A DNA stretch of 32,000 nucleotides from a cyanobacterium endosymbiont of Braarudosphaera bigelowii (lineage in GTDB: Bacteria > Cyanobacteriota > Cyanobacteriia > Cyanobacteriales > Microcystaceae), in the NCBI RefSeq assembly GCF_020885515.1, contig NZ_AP024987.1, positions 480,001 through 512,000 on the forward strand. The letters run 5' to 3'. A program made the translations under genes and the position numbers. The notes under the pieces are model-generated. The model was not told the origin of the DNA. It saw only the letters and a program-made list of their open reading frames with translations, and searched no databases. Below, piece by piece: positions 18,921-29,640 of this stretch; position 1 is the stretch's first letter; every line of letters starts with the position of its first letter.

Positions 18921-20291
18921 ATGAAATTTATTTGGAGTTTGATTACTTTTTCTTCTTTTTCTCCTGAAATGTGGTTAAAGACCAGCTATTGTTATCGTAT
19001 TGTTGGTTTATTAAGTAATTGGCAACAGTTTAGTTTTTTACTGCAATGGGCGAAAACTATTGGTGCCTTGCTAATTAGTCTTCTATTGATTTTTAGTCCT
19101 TTTGTTACGACAGGAGTCATCGGTGTATGGCTTATTTCAATTGCCATATATTGGACTATATTAATTATTTCTAATAATGAAAAGCTAGTTTTTAGCCCAA
19201 TATATTTATTAGTTTTTTTATATTGGGCTATTTCGGCGATAGCAGTTATTTTTTCTCCTGTCAGAAGTGTAGCTTTCTCAGGATTTATAAAACTAACATT
19301 ATATTTAATTTTTTTTGCCTGTACATCTCGTGTTCTATCCTCATCTCAATTAAGCAATTGGTTAATCACATCTATTTTGGGATCTGGATTACTAGTGGGC
19401 ACTTATGGAGTAAGACAAAGACTTCTTGAAGTAGAACAATTAGCAACATGGAATGACCCAGCTGCTAATTTTTCTAATTCAATTAGAGTTTATAGCTACT
19501 TAGGCAATCCTAATTTATTATCTGCATATATTTTGCCTTCAATTGCTTTAAGTATGGCTGCATTTTTTGTTTGGCAAAGAATATTACCTAAGTTATTAGC
19601 ATTAACTATCTTTACAATTAACATTTCTTGCCTTTATTTTACAGGTAGTCGTAGTGGCTGGATAGCATTAATAATTTTAATAATGATGTTTTCATTATTA
19701 CTTTTTACATGGTTTAAAGATGAACTTCCCTCATTTTGGCGTCAGTGGCTTTTACCTTTAACATTTGGAACATTCATAAGTTTGATTTTTATTCTTATCG
19801 TCTCTAATGACATTTTACAATCAAGGATTATGAGTATTTTTATTGGAAGAGCAGATAGTAGTAATAATTTTCGTATTAATGTATGGACATCAGTAGTAAA
19901 TATAATAAAAGATTATCCTTTTCTAGGTATTGGTCCAGGAAATGATGCATTTAGTAAAATATATCCACTCTATATGAGCCCTAAGTATAGTGCTTTAAGT
20001 GCATACTCTATTTTTCTAGAAACAGCAGTAGAAACAGGATTAATTGGACTAAGTATTTTTGTTTGGCTTATTTTTACAATACTTAATCAGGGAATCCAGA
20101 AAATTAGAAGATTTAAAAATAATAACAACTCTTACGGAATATGGTTAATTGGTGCAATAGCCGCAATAGTTAGTTTATTAATACAAGGACTATTTGATAC
20201 TGTGTGGTACCGTCCACAAGTAAATACTCTATGGTGGTTTTTAGTGGCTTTGATTGCTAGTCAGTATAGATTATGTAAAAAAGAGAATTGA
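18921..20291 (+). CDS. ictB: IctB-family protein (O-antigen ligase/Wzy_C-domain polytopic membrane protein)
   Basis: 456 aa. Long collinear similarity to Synechococcus IctB as I recall it: RVYSYLGNPNLLSAY, LPKLLAL, GREDSSNNFRINVW-type block (here GRADSSNNFRINVW), GIGPGN.AF...YPLY, ALSAYS and LFDTVWYRP. About 10-12 TM segments. Confidence 0.85.
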   Translation: MKFIWSLITFSSFSPEMWLKTSYCYRIVGLLSNWQQFSFLLQWAKTIGALLISLLLIFSPFVTTGVIGVWLISIAIYWTILIISNNEKLVFSPIYLLVFLYWAISAIAVIFSPVRSVAFSGFIKLTLYLIFFACTSRVLSSSQLSNWLITSILGSGLLVGTYGVRQRLLEVEQLATWNDPAANFSNSIRVYSYLGNPNLLSAYILPSIALSMAAFFVWQRILPKLLALTIFTINISCLYFTGSRSGWIALIILIMMFSLLLFTWFKDELPSFWRQWLLPLTFGTFISLIFILIVSNDILQSRIMSIFIGRADSSNNFRINVWTSVVNIIKDYPFLGIGPGNDAFSKIYPLYMSPKYSALSAYSIFLETAVETGLIGLSIFVWLIFTILNQGIQKIRRFKNNNNSYGIWLIGAIAAIVSLLIQGLFDTVWYRPQVNTLWWFLVALIASQYRLCKKEN

Positions 20292-20341
20292 TATAGATAG
20301 TTGATAAAATTTAATGGAAATGGTTCTAATCTTTTCATAAA

Positions 20342-21004
20342 TTAATTTTTCACATATATCTTTTTCTGAAGTTCTACATCAACTTGCTCTAATCTTCCTT
20401 CATTAATTTTCCAACATTTGTCAGCTATTAGTAATAACTCAGAGGGATCATGAGAAACAATTACCAATGTCCAATGTCGTTTTAATTTAAATACTAAATT
20501 AATTAATTGTTTATGCATTGACCAATCTAAACCTGCTGTTGGTTCGTCTAGTAATAATAAATTAGGTTGACGAATCAGCTGAACTGCCAGAGCTAATCTT
20601 CTTTGCTGTCCACCACTAATATTATGTGGAGAGGTGCTTAGTATAATGTTTTGTAGCCCGACTTCTTCTAGGGCAGTTTCAATTTCTTCTCTAGTAATTT
20701 CCAAATGACCTAGTCTTAGTTCTTCCAGAATATTGCCACCGCAAAAATGCCGTTCAGGAAATTGAAAAACCAATCCTGATATTTGTTGTAACTCCGAAGA
20801 AGTAATTTCCTTACCACTCCACAAGATTTTTCCTTGAGTCTGCTCTGTTAGTCCTGCAAGAATCTCTAATAATGTAGTTTTCCCAGAGCCACTAGGGCCA
20901 ATAATAATTCCTAATTGCTGAAATCCCAGTTCTAGCGTAATAGACTTTAAAATGGGTTGAGGAGAAGCAGGAGGATGATATACGATATCTTTGAGGTTAA
21001 GCAT
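20342..21004 (-). CDS. ABC transporter ATP-binding protein (ECF/CbiO-like), with no adjacent permease gene
   Basis: 220 aa. Walker A GPSGSGKTT, Q-loop, signature ISGGQQRRLALA, Walker B LLLLDEPTAGLD, H-loop SHD. Confidence 0.85.
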   Translation of the reverse strand: MLNLKDIVYHPPASPQPILKSITLELGFQQLGIIIGPSGSGKTTLLEILAGLTEQTQGKILWSGKEITSSELQQISGLVFQFPERHFCGGNILEELRLGHLEITREEIETALEEVGLQNIILSTSPHNISGGQQRRLALAVQLIRQPNLLLLDEPTAGLDWSMHKQLINLVFKLKRHWTLVIVSHDPSELLLIADKCWKINEGRLEQVDVELQKKIYVKN

Positions 21005-21150
21005 TAGTATACATTCTAATAACAGTCAATTATAAGAGTAATAGCTTAGAGCATTCTATGTAATTTCAAATTCATAGAAAAACAAAACTAGTTTTCAGTA
21101 TTCTCAACTAATGTTAGTATAATTACTTTAAGTTAATTAAATTAAATTTC

Positions 21151-21396
21151 ATGTCTAAAGAAAGCTTTTTTCAAAGTCCAGCTATTAGTCAAGAAGCCCG
21201 ATATGAGCCAGCTACCGTTATTCCTATCAAACGAGATTCTTCTATTATTAATTGGTTAGAGGCAACAAACCGTTTAATTTATCGTGAACAAGAAGAGATT
21301 AAAACGACTCCGGAGGAAGACGCAGAAATTTCTGACTTAATAGATGTCGATGAAAGTTATGATGATGAAGATTTAAGTTTAAACAGCAATGATTAG
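21151..21396 (+). CDS. Small acidic conserved-hypothetical protein (cyanobacterial type; possibly the DUF3134 family)
   Basis: 81 aa. The N-terminal half, ARYEPATVIPIKRDSSIINWLEATNRLI, resembles a short cyanobacteria-restricted family I recall. The C-terminal half is strongly acidic (DAEISDLIDVDESYDDEDLSL). The family assignment is from memory only. Confidence 0.55.
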   Translation: MSKESFFQSPAISQEARYEPATVIPIKRDSSIINWLEATNRLIYREQEEIKTTPEEDAEISDLIDVDESYDDEDLSLNSND

Positions 21397-21493
21397 TATA
21401 TAAAAGCTAAATTACCAAAATGGAGGGGAAAATGTTTGTTTTTCCTCGCTTATCATAATCCATTTTTAAGTTTAAAAAATTAAATCTTTAGTT

Positions 21494-22603
21494 GTGAATA
21501 AAGTATTTTCCTTTTCAGTGTTCATAAAAAAAATATCAGAAAATAATTTATTGATCTTACTTGTTTTGATAAATATTCTTTTAATTGGAGGTTTTATCGA
21601 ATTAGGTGATCAAAGTATAAATTTTCATCATATTTTGACATTACCATTAGGAATTTCCGTTCTTATAAGTAGTTCTTTAGGTTATATTTCAATTCCATTA
21701 CTAAAAAAATTGAAAATAGAACAAGTTATACAAGAAGATGGTATACAAAAACATTTTAGTAAAGCAGGCACTCCAACAATGGGTGGAATATTCTTTATTC
21801 CAGTCGCTATTTTAATCGCTTTAGTTTGGTCTCATTTCTCTCTTGTATCTATTACAATATCTCTCGTAACTTTATCCTATATGGTTATTGGATGGGTTGA
21901 TGATTGGTGCATTTTAAGAAAAAAATCAAATCTAGGACTTTCCCCTCGTACAAAATTATTTTTACAAATTATAGTTGCTATTATTTTTTGTGTATGGATA
22001 AAATGGAATCGTATAATAGTAATGAATGAAATTATATTACCTGGTAATATAATTTTAGAGACAGAAGTATTATTTTGGCTTTTATCTATTTTTGTATTAG
22101 TTTCAGAAAGTAATGCAGTTAACCTTACAGATGGAATTGATGGCTTGGCCGGAGGAACAGGAGCATTAACTTTTTTAGGACTAGCAATCATAGTTGCAAC
22201 TACTTCGTCTGAGCTAAGTATTTTTTGCGCTTCTGTTTCTGGAAGTTGCTTGGGATTTATCCTTCATAATAATAATCCCGCAAAAGTCTTTATGGGAGAT
22301 ACTGGGTCTCTAGCCTTGGGAGGAGCTCTTGCCGGAGTAGGAATTTTAAGTGGTCACTTTTGGGAACTTTTTATTCTTAGCGGAATTTTTTTTATAGAGT
22401 CTTTGTCTGTAATTGCTCAAGTTACCTACTATAAAATGACTAAAAACAGTGAAGGGAAAGGAAAACGATTTTTAATGATGGCACCTTTGCACCATCATTT
22501 AGAGTTGGTGGGATGGTCCGAAAATAAGATTGTTAAAATATCTTATTTAATTAATACAGGTTTAATTTTCTTAGTTGCAATATTATATAGATACTTTTCA
22601 TAA
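21494..22603 (+). CDS. mraY: Phospho-N-acetylmuramoyl-pentapeptide transferase
   Basis: 369 aa. GTPTMGG, DDW...R, NAVNLTDGIDGLA, VFMGDTGSLALGG and APLHHH motifs. The start is GTG 21494. The first in-frame ATG is inside the conserved PTMGG motif, so a non-ATG start is required. Confidence 0.93.
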   Translation: MNKVFSFSVFIKKISENNLLILLVLINILLIGGFIELGDQSINFHHILTLPLGISVLISSSLGYISIPLLKKLKIEQVIQEDGIQKHFSKAGTPTMGGIFFIPVAILIALVWSHFSLVSITISLVTLSYMVIGWVDDWCILRKKSNLGLSPRTKLFLQIIVAIIFCVWIKWNRIIVMNEIILPGNIILETEVLFWLLSIFVLVSESNAVNLTDGIDGLAGGTGALTFLGLAIIVATTSSELSIFCASVSGSCLGFILHNNNPAKVFMGDTGSLALGGALAGVGILSGHFWELFILSGIFFIESLSVIAQVTYYKMTKNSEGKGKRFLMMAPLHHHLELVGWSENKIVKISYLINTGLIFLVAILYRYFS

Positions 22604-22637
22604 GTTCTCTATAATATTGCAATAGAATTAATTTCTT

Positions 22638-23432
22638 TTATAAATGTTGTGAACATATTAATTCAACTTGGCTTAAAGAATGATTTTGACTACCACGGTC
22701 ACAACGCAACCACAACAAATACTCAGTATTGCCTGCAGGACCTTTGATAGGAGAATGAGTTAATCCACAATATAGCCATCCTAAATGATAAGAAATCTGT
22801 AATACTCTAGAAATTACTTCACAGTGATCTTTAAAATTACGGACAACTCCATTTTTTCCTATCTTAGATCGGCCAACTTCAAATTGCGGTTTAATGAGTA
22901 ATATAACCTCTTTTGGGCTAACTAAAAGCTCTGACAAAGGTTCTAAGATCTTAGCTAATGAAATGAAAGAGACATCCACAACTCCCAAGCTGGCTCGGAT
23001 ATTTCTGTCGTATAAAATTTCAGGTTTAAGATAACGAAAATTTGTTCTTTCCTTTAAAAATATTCTTTCGTCCTGTCTTAACGACCAAGCAACTTGTCCA
23101 TATCCTACATCTACTCCGTATATTAGACGAGCTCCTGACTGTAATAAGCAATCACTAAAGCCTCCTGTTGAAATACCTCCGTCAAGACAAACCCTATCTA
23201 CTACAGAAATTTGAAAAGTCTTAAGAGCTTTTTCAAGTTTTTTTCCCCCACGTGAAACATATGGAGATTTGATTTTAATTTCAACTTTAGCTTTTATATC
23301 AATTTCTGTTCCAGGTTTATCAATAATTCTTTGATTAATCTTAACTTCTCCAGCACGAATACATCTTTGTGCTTGCTGACGAGAAGTATATAATTTTTTT
23401 TCTACTAAAAGGATATCAAGTCGTTTTTTCAA
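22638..23432 (-). CDS. tlyA: TlyA-family 16S/23S rRNA (cytidine-2'-O)-methyltransferase
   Basis: 264 aa. N-terminal S4 RNA-binding domain (RLDILLVEKKLYTSRQQAQRCIRAGEVKIN), then an FtsJ-like methyltransferase (CLDGGISTGGFSDCLLQSGA, VDVSFISL, KPQFE). Confidence 0.88.
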   Translation of the reverse strand: MKKRLDILLVEKKLYTSRQQAQRCIRAGEVKINQRIIDKPGTEIDIKAKVEIKIKSPYVSRGGKKLEKALKTFQISVVDRVCLDGGISTGGFSDCLLQSGARLIYGVDVGYGQVAWSLRQDERIFLKERTNFRYLKPEILYDRNIRASLGVVDVSFISLAKILEPLSELLVSPKEVILLIKPQFEVGRSKIGKNGVVRNFKDHCEVISRVLQISYHLGWLYCGLTHSPIKGPAGNTEYLLWLRCDRGSQNHSLSQVELICSQHL

Positions 23433-23617
23433 GATATGTAATTGTAAAAAGTATATGTTATCTGGACAAGTATTAATTTTAAGGCTTGCAATCTATTTTG
23501 CATAATTTATGTGGAAATTAACACATTAGTGATTAAAACATTTGTTATATGATATAAATCAAAGAAAAAGTTAATCAGAAATATAATTTACGTTTAATCA
23601 ATTCAATTAATTTAAAT

Positions 23618-24796
23618 ATGAAATTTGTCTGTAGCCAAAGTGATTTCAGCAATAATCTATCCTTAGTTAGTCGAGCAGTGCCCACTCGACCTACTCATCC
23701 CATCCTAGCAAACGTTTTAATGATTGCAGATGCCACGAAACAGAAAATCAGCCTAATGGCATTTGACTTAAGCCTAGGAATAGAAACTAGTTTTGATGCC
23801 AATATCAGCGAAGAAGGTCAAACAACTTTACCAGCAAAGCTTCTTAATGATATTGTATCCCGATTACCTGAAGGGGAAATAAGCCTTACAAGTGAAAAAA
23901 TAAAGGATGATCAGACAGGATTACTATATCTTAAGTCAGCATCAGGTAAGTTTCAGATAAAAACAATAAGTGCAGATGAATTTCCTCCTTTACCAACGAT
24001 TGAAAATGATGAATTTATTGAATTACCTATTCTTACAATAACAGAAGGATTAAGAGGTGTACTGTTTGCATCAAGTAGTGACGAACTTAAACAAGTATTA
24101 ACTGGGGTTCATTTAAAAGGAACTGCTGATAACTTAGAATTCGCTGCAACAGATGGCCATAGATTATCAGTGGTAGAAGCTATAATATCTTCAAAGACAA
24201 GTAGACATGAAGAAGATAGAATTGTTAAAGTCAAAAATTTAGATGAGTTCTCAGTTACGATTCCTGCGAGAGCTTTAAGAGAATTAGAAAGAATTATTCA
24301 TAATAATAGTGATTCTAAGGTTGTTCAATTACAAATAGATGATGTTCAAGTTATATTTTATCTAGGGAAACAAAAATTAACTATTCGTAAATTAGATGGA
24401 GATTATCCAAAATACCATATGTTAATACCACAACAGTTTGAGCACATCATAAGCCTAGACAGAAAAACTTTTTTAAATAGCCTTGAACGAGTAGCTGTAT
24501 TAACAAGTCAAAAGAATAACTTAGTAAAATGTATTTTTAATCATAAAAAACAAATGATTCTTTTGTCTGTAGAAACTCAAGATTTAGGAAGTGCTGAAGA
24601 ATCAATAGAAGCAAAAATAACAGGAAAAAGTGGTGATATAGCTTTTAATATTAAATATTTAATAGATGGCCTAAAAGCTCTATCTACTAAAGAAATTAAA
24701 ATGCAACTTAATGAAGGAAATAAACCAGTTATTTTTAATCCTTTAGGTGGTTTAAAGATGACATACTTAGTAATGCCAGTTCAAATAGTCAAATGA
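23618..24796 (+). CDS. dnaN: DNA polymerase III beta sliding clamp
   Basis: 392 aa. MKFVCSQSDF...L..VSRAVPTRPTHPILANVL N-terminus, ATDGHRL and a C-terminal MPV block. Confidence 0.95.
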   Translation: MKFVCSQSDFSNNLSLVSRAVPTRPTHPILANVLMIADATKQKISLMAFDLSLGIETSFDANISEEGQTTLPAKLLNDIVSRLPEGEISLTSEKIKDDQTGLLYLKSASGKFQIKTISADEFPPLPTIENDEFIELPILTITEGLRGVLFASSSDELKQVLTGVHLKGTADNLEFAATDGHRLSVVEAIISSKTSRHEEDRIVKVKNLDEFSVTIPARALRELERIIHNNSDSKVVQLQIDDVQVIFYLGKQKLTIRKLDGDYPKYHMLIPQQFEHIISLDRKTFLNSLERVAVLTSQKNNLVKCIFNHKKQMILLSVETQDLGSAEESIEAKITGKSGDIAFNIKYLIDGLKALSTKEIKMQLNEGNKPVIFNPLGGLKMTYLVMPVQIVK

Positions 24797-24869
24797 ATAA
24801 TTTAAATCAATGTTCATTTTTGACATAACTTATAGTTTGTTTAACTTTCGTCCTGATTAAGGATATTTT

Positions 24870-26621
24870 TTAATATGTAAATTTATCTAAATTATTTTTG
24901 AGCCAACTAGCATCTTCTTTCCGTTTAATTTTTAATTCTAGAACACGTATTCCAGAAGAAGGTAAAGGATTTAACAGTTGTTTCAAATGTTGCCAGTCTT
25001 TAATGCTAGTGTGTTGAATGTCATAAGTGTTGCAAAGTTTTGCAAAATCAATATTTTGGGGAGTAACAAAGTAATCTTCAAATAAAGACTTATCTTTCGA
25101 AATAGGCAACATCTCAAAAATACCTCCTCCACTATTATTTACTAAAATAATAGTTAAATGTCCTTTAAACTTTTTGCTGATGAGAAATCCATTTGTATCA
25201 TGTAAAAGAGCCAAATCTCCAGTAACTAAAATGTTTTTGCTGCTATTCTGAGCCATACCTAAAGCACTGGATAAGGTACCGTCTATACCATTGGCACCTC
25301 GATTGAAATATGGTATCAATTCTTTATTATTGGGTAACCAAAAGAACTCTGCATAACGTACTGACATGCTATTAGCAATAAAAATTTTAGTTTGGTGAGG
25401 TAGTATTTTAGAAAGAATAAAAGGTAATTTTGCCTGCAATATTGAATCTATCTTAATAAAAATTGACTCAATATTTTGATTAACATTATCATTTATTGTT
25501 TTCCATTTTGTTAAATAGTCTGAACTTAATTCCGTAGGTGTAATATTTCTTAAATCTAAATTTTCGACAGATGAACATATCGAAAAACTATGATTATGAA
25601 GTGGATCAAAATTATCTGAAGAACTATCAATTAACCAACATTGAGCTTTAACTTTTTCTAACCATTCTCGTAACCTCTTACTCGTAGGAAATTGTCCAAA
25701 TTGGATAACTATATCCGGTTTCAAATACTTACTTAACTTTTGATTATATAGAATAGTATCGTAAGTATTAATCAAATTGGAAGTTTTACTTGCAAAATTT
25801 CTTAGCGGAGATAAAGCTTCTGCTAAGATCGGATAATTTAAAAATTTGGAGATAAAAGCAATATTTTCGCAATAAAGAGACGGATTAGTGGAATTATTTA
25901 CTCCCGCAATAATAATTCCTTTTTCGATAAATTTCCATTTGTTTAAATAGTTAGATATATCAAGTTTAGAATGATTACTTGGATATATTTTGCCATGTTC
26001 ATAAATATCTAGAAAAAAGTCCCTAAAATCTGTTCTAGAAGGAAATAGCTCAATTTCTGGTTGAGTAAATGGTGTTAAAGGTTCGCGAAAAGGACAGTTG
26101 AGGTGAACGACACCTTTATTAGGAAAAAAGGATTTATTCCAAGCGGAGACTATAGTTTGCCTCAAATAGCTTAATAATTTCATTTCTATAGAAGGCAAAG
26201 ATAACTCAGTATACCAATTACAATAACTTCCATATAATTTAACCTGATCAATCGATTGTCCAGCATGACAATCTCTTAATTCTGGAGGACGATCTGCAGT
26301 TAAAATTAATAGCGCAGTCTTACTTTCCTTTGCCTCGATAACTGCTGGATAAAAATTTGCTCCTGCTGTTCCAGAAGTACAAATCAAAACTACAGGTAAA
26401 CAAGAGCGTTTTGCTATACCCAGTGCAAAAAAAGATGCTGATCGTTCGTCTAAAATTGGTATAGTTTCTATGTTGGGGTGATTCGCAAATGCTATAGTAA
26501 GAGGTGTCGAACGAGAACCAGGACAAATAACGGCCGTTTTCAAACCTAAATTAAATAAAGTTTCTGCAACTATAGAAGACCATAAAGTGTTAGTATTACG
26601 AAAATCAAGATTTTTTATCAA
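24870..26621 (-). CDS. menD: SEPHCHC synthase MenD (phylloquinone/menaquinone pathway, ThDP enzyme)
   Basis: 583 aa. NTLWSSIVAETLFNLGLKTAVICPGSRSTPLT, DERSA.F.ALG, LTADRPPELR and a GDLA..HD ThDP motif. The start is TTG 26621 (in-frame stop 6 codons upstream, no nearby in-frame ATG). Confidence 0.92.
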   Translation of the reverse strand: MIKNLDFRNTNTLWSSIVAETLFNLGLKTAVICPGSRSTPLTIAFANHPNIETIPILDERSASFFALGIAKRSCLPVVLICTSGTAGANFYPAVIEAKESKTALLILTADRPPELRDCHAGQSIDQVKLYGSYCNWYTELSLPSIEMKLLSYLRQTIVSAWNKSFFPNKGVVHLNCPFREPLTPFTQPEIELFPSRTDFRDFFLDIYEHGKIYPSNHSKLDISNYLNKWKFIEKGIIIAGVNNSTNPSLYCENIAFISKFLNYPILAEALSPLRNFASKTSNLINTYDTILYNQKLSKYLKPDIVIQFGQFPTSKRLREWLEKVKAQCWLIDSSSDNFDPLHNHSFSICSSVENLDLRNITPTELSSDYLTKWKTINDNVNQNIESIFIKIDSILQAKLPFILSKILPHQTKIFIANSMSVRYAEFFWLPNNKELIPYFNRGANGIDGTLSSALGMAQNSSKNILVTGDLALLHDTNGFLISKKFKGHLTIILVNNSGGGIFEMLPISKDKSLFEDYFVTPQNIDFAKLCNTYDIQHTSIKDWQHLKQLLNPLPSSGIRVLELKIKRKEDASWLKNNLDKFTY

Positions 26622-26971
26622 TTTCTTACATCTAAAGTCTATTACGAATTTTTTTCCTTGACATGATTGATCAGGAAAATTTTAGTCATTGATTTCAAAG
26701 TCTTTCTTATAATTATCAAAGTTACTTATAAAGTATTTGACAGTAATTAAAATAAAAACTTCTAACTTAATTATATATTTAATCTATTTGCATATGAAAA
26801 AGATATTAGTTTTTCCTAGTTTTTGAATAAGAAATCTAAAGAACTTGTTTTATAAAAATAATATCAATTAATGCAGTTTCAAAAATCTATAAACTTGTTT
26901 GGTTTATACGCTTAAAAATTTTATTTTTTAGCTAAAAAATATCTTCAGTAATTAATTTCTGGCAACCTATG

Positions 26972-27008
26972 AAAATAAAAAAGGCGTTTAGAATTATTCT
27001 AAATGCCT
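26972..27008 (-). terminator. Canonical intrinsic terminator of the atp1 operon
   Basis: On the minus strand, 33 nt after the atpC stop: a 12-bp stem (AGGCATTTAGAA / TTCTAAACGCCT, one G-U pair) with a 3-nt loop, immediately followed by TTTTTATTTTC. Confidence 0.65.
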
Positions 27009-27041
27009 CATACATTCAATATTACAGATTCTAAATACAAT

Positions 27042-27986
27042 CTATAATGCATTTGCTCCAGCAACTACTTCCATTAACTGCTGAGTAATTGCTGCTTGAC
27101 GAGCTTTATTGTATGCCATTGTTAGAGACCCAGCCAGTTGGGTAGCATTATCACTAGCATTACTCATTGCAGTCATTCTAGCCGCTAGTTCACTAGCAGC
27201 TGATTCTTGCAATGCTCTAAGTAACTGGTTATTAATATATAGAGGCAATAAAGCATCTAAAATTTGAACTGGATCCTGCTCAAAAATCATATCTTGAGAT
27301 AGGTTATGAGCAGGCTGTTCTAAGTGTTCCCGTTCAACTTTGAACTTGCCTTCACGAGTTATTAGACGAAAAATTTCATCATCTTCAGCTTCCAATCCTT
27401 GTAAGCTTAAAGGAACTAAAGTTTGTACAACTGGACTAGAATTAATTAAGGAAACGAAACGAGTATAAATTAGTTCGACTCGATCCACAGTTTCTGATAA
27501 AAATAAAGATACCAATTCGTCAGCAATGGGCATTGCATCATCACTTGTAGGAATTTGCTCTAGACCTGTATATTTTGCCTTTACAGATACTTCTCGTCTT
27601 GAGAAGTATTGAGTAGGCTTGCGCCCAACGGTTATCAAGCAGGGAGCAATTCCTTGGTCCTGTAATTCTTTAATACGTTTTTCTGCCCGACGAATAACGT
27701 AACTGTTATAACCTCCACACAATCCACGGTCCCCTGCAATTACTACAACCGCTACAGTTTTTACTGTTCTCTGTTTCAATAGAGATATATCGACATCTCC
27801 ATACTTTAAACGATTTAGTAAATTGTAAAGAACATTAGTTAAAATATTAGCGAAGGGCCGAGTAGAAACAACTCTCTCCTGAGCACGGCGGACTTTAGCT
27901 GCTGCTACCAAGCGCATAGCTTCAGTAATTTTTTTGGTATTTTTGACCGATTCAATACGATCTCGAATAGCTTTAAGGTTAGCCAT
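27042..27986 (-). CDS. atpC: F1 ATP synthase gamma subunit (cyanobacterial atpC; E. coli atpG equivalent)
   Basis: 314 aa. [37 protein letters not shown]-terminus and C-terminal [19 protein letters not shown]. Confidence 0.95.
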   Translation of the reverse strand: MANLKAIRDRIESVKNTKKITEAMRLVAAAKVRRAQERVVSTRPFANILTNVLYNLLNRLKYGDVDISLLKQRTVKTVAVVVIAGDRGLCGGYNSYVIRRAEKRIKELQDQGIAPCLITVGRKPTQYFSRREVSVKAKYTGLEQIPTSDDAMPIADELVSLFLSETVDRVELIYTRFVSLINSSPVVQTLVPLSLQGLEAEDDEIFRLITREGKFKVEREHLEQPAHNLSQDMIFEQDPVQILDALLPLYINNQLLRALQESAASELAARMTAMSNASDNATQLAGSLTMAYNKARQAAITQQLMEVVAGANAL

Positions 27987-28053
27987 AATATTTAGTAATT
28001 ATTTATCGGACTCTCGTCATGTTGAATCTGTAACTAATTTTTTAATCTCTCAT

Positions 28054-28080
28054 TAAGGGTAAACATTAAGTTTACCCTTA
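28054..28080 (-). other. Intercistronic hairpin between atpA and atpC (11-bp stem, 5-nt loop)
   Basis: TAAGGGTAAAC-ATTAA-GTTTACCCTTA, starting 6 nt downstream of the atpA stop codon, within a 99-nt atpA-atpC spacer. Confidence 0.4.
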
Positions 28081-28085
28081 CTTGA

Positions 28086-29624
<1,539 letters not shown>

Positions 29625-29640
29625 CTACAATGAGAGAAAA

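Noticed and set aside
19223-19429. 68-aa plus-strand ORF in an alternative frame of the ictB-family gene
   Set aside because: It is an out-of-frame overlap with a collinear, well-conserved membrane protein. A product of T-rich codons.
21877-22191. 104-aa minus-strand ORF inside mraY
   Set aside because: It is antisense to conserved MraY motifs and has no independent support.
26320-26526. 68-aa minus-strand ORF in another frame of menD
   Set aside because: It is an out-of-frame overlap with the conserved ThDP-enzyme N-terminus. Spurious.
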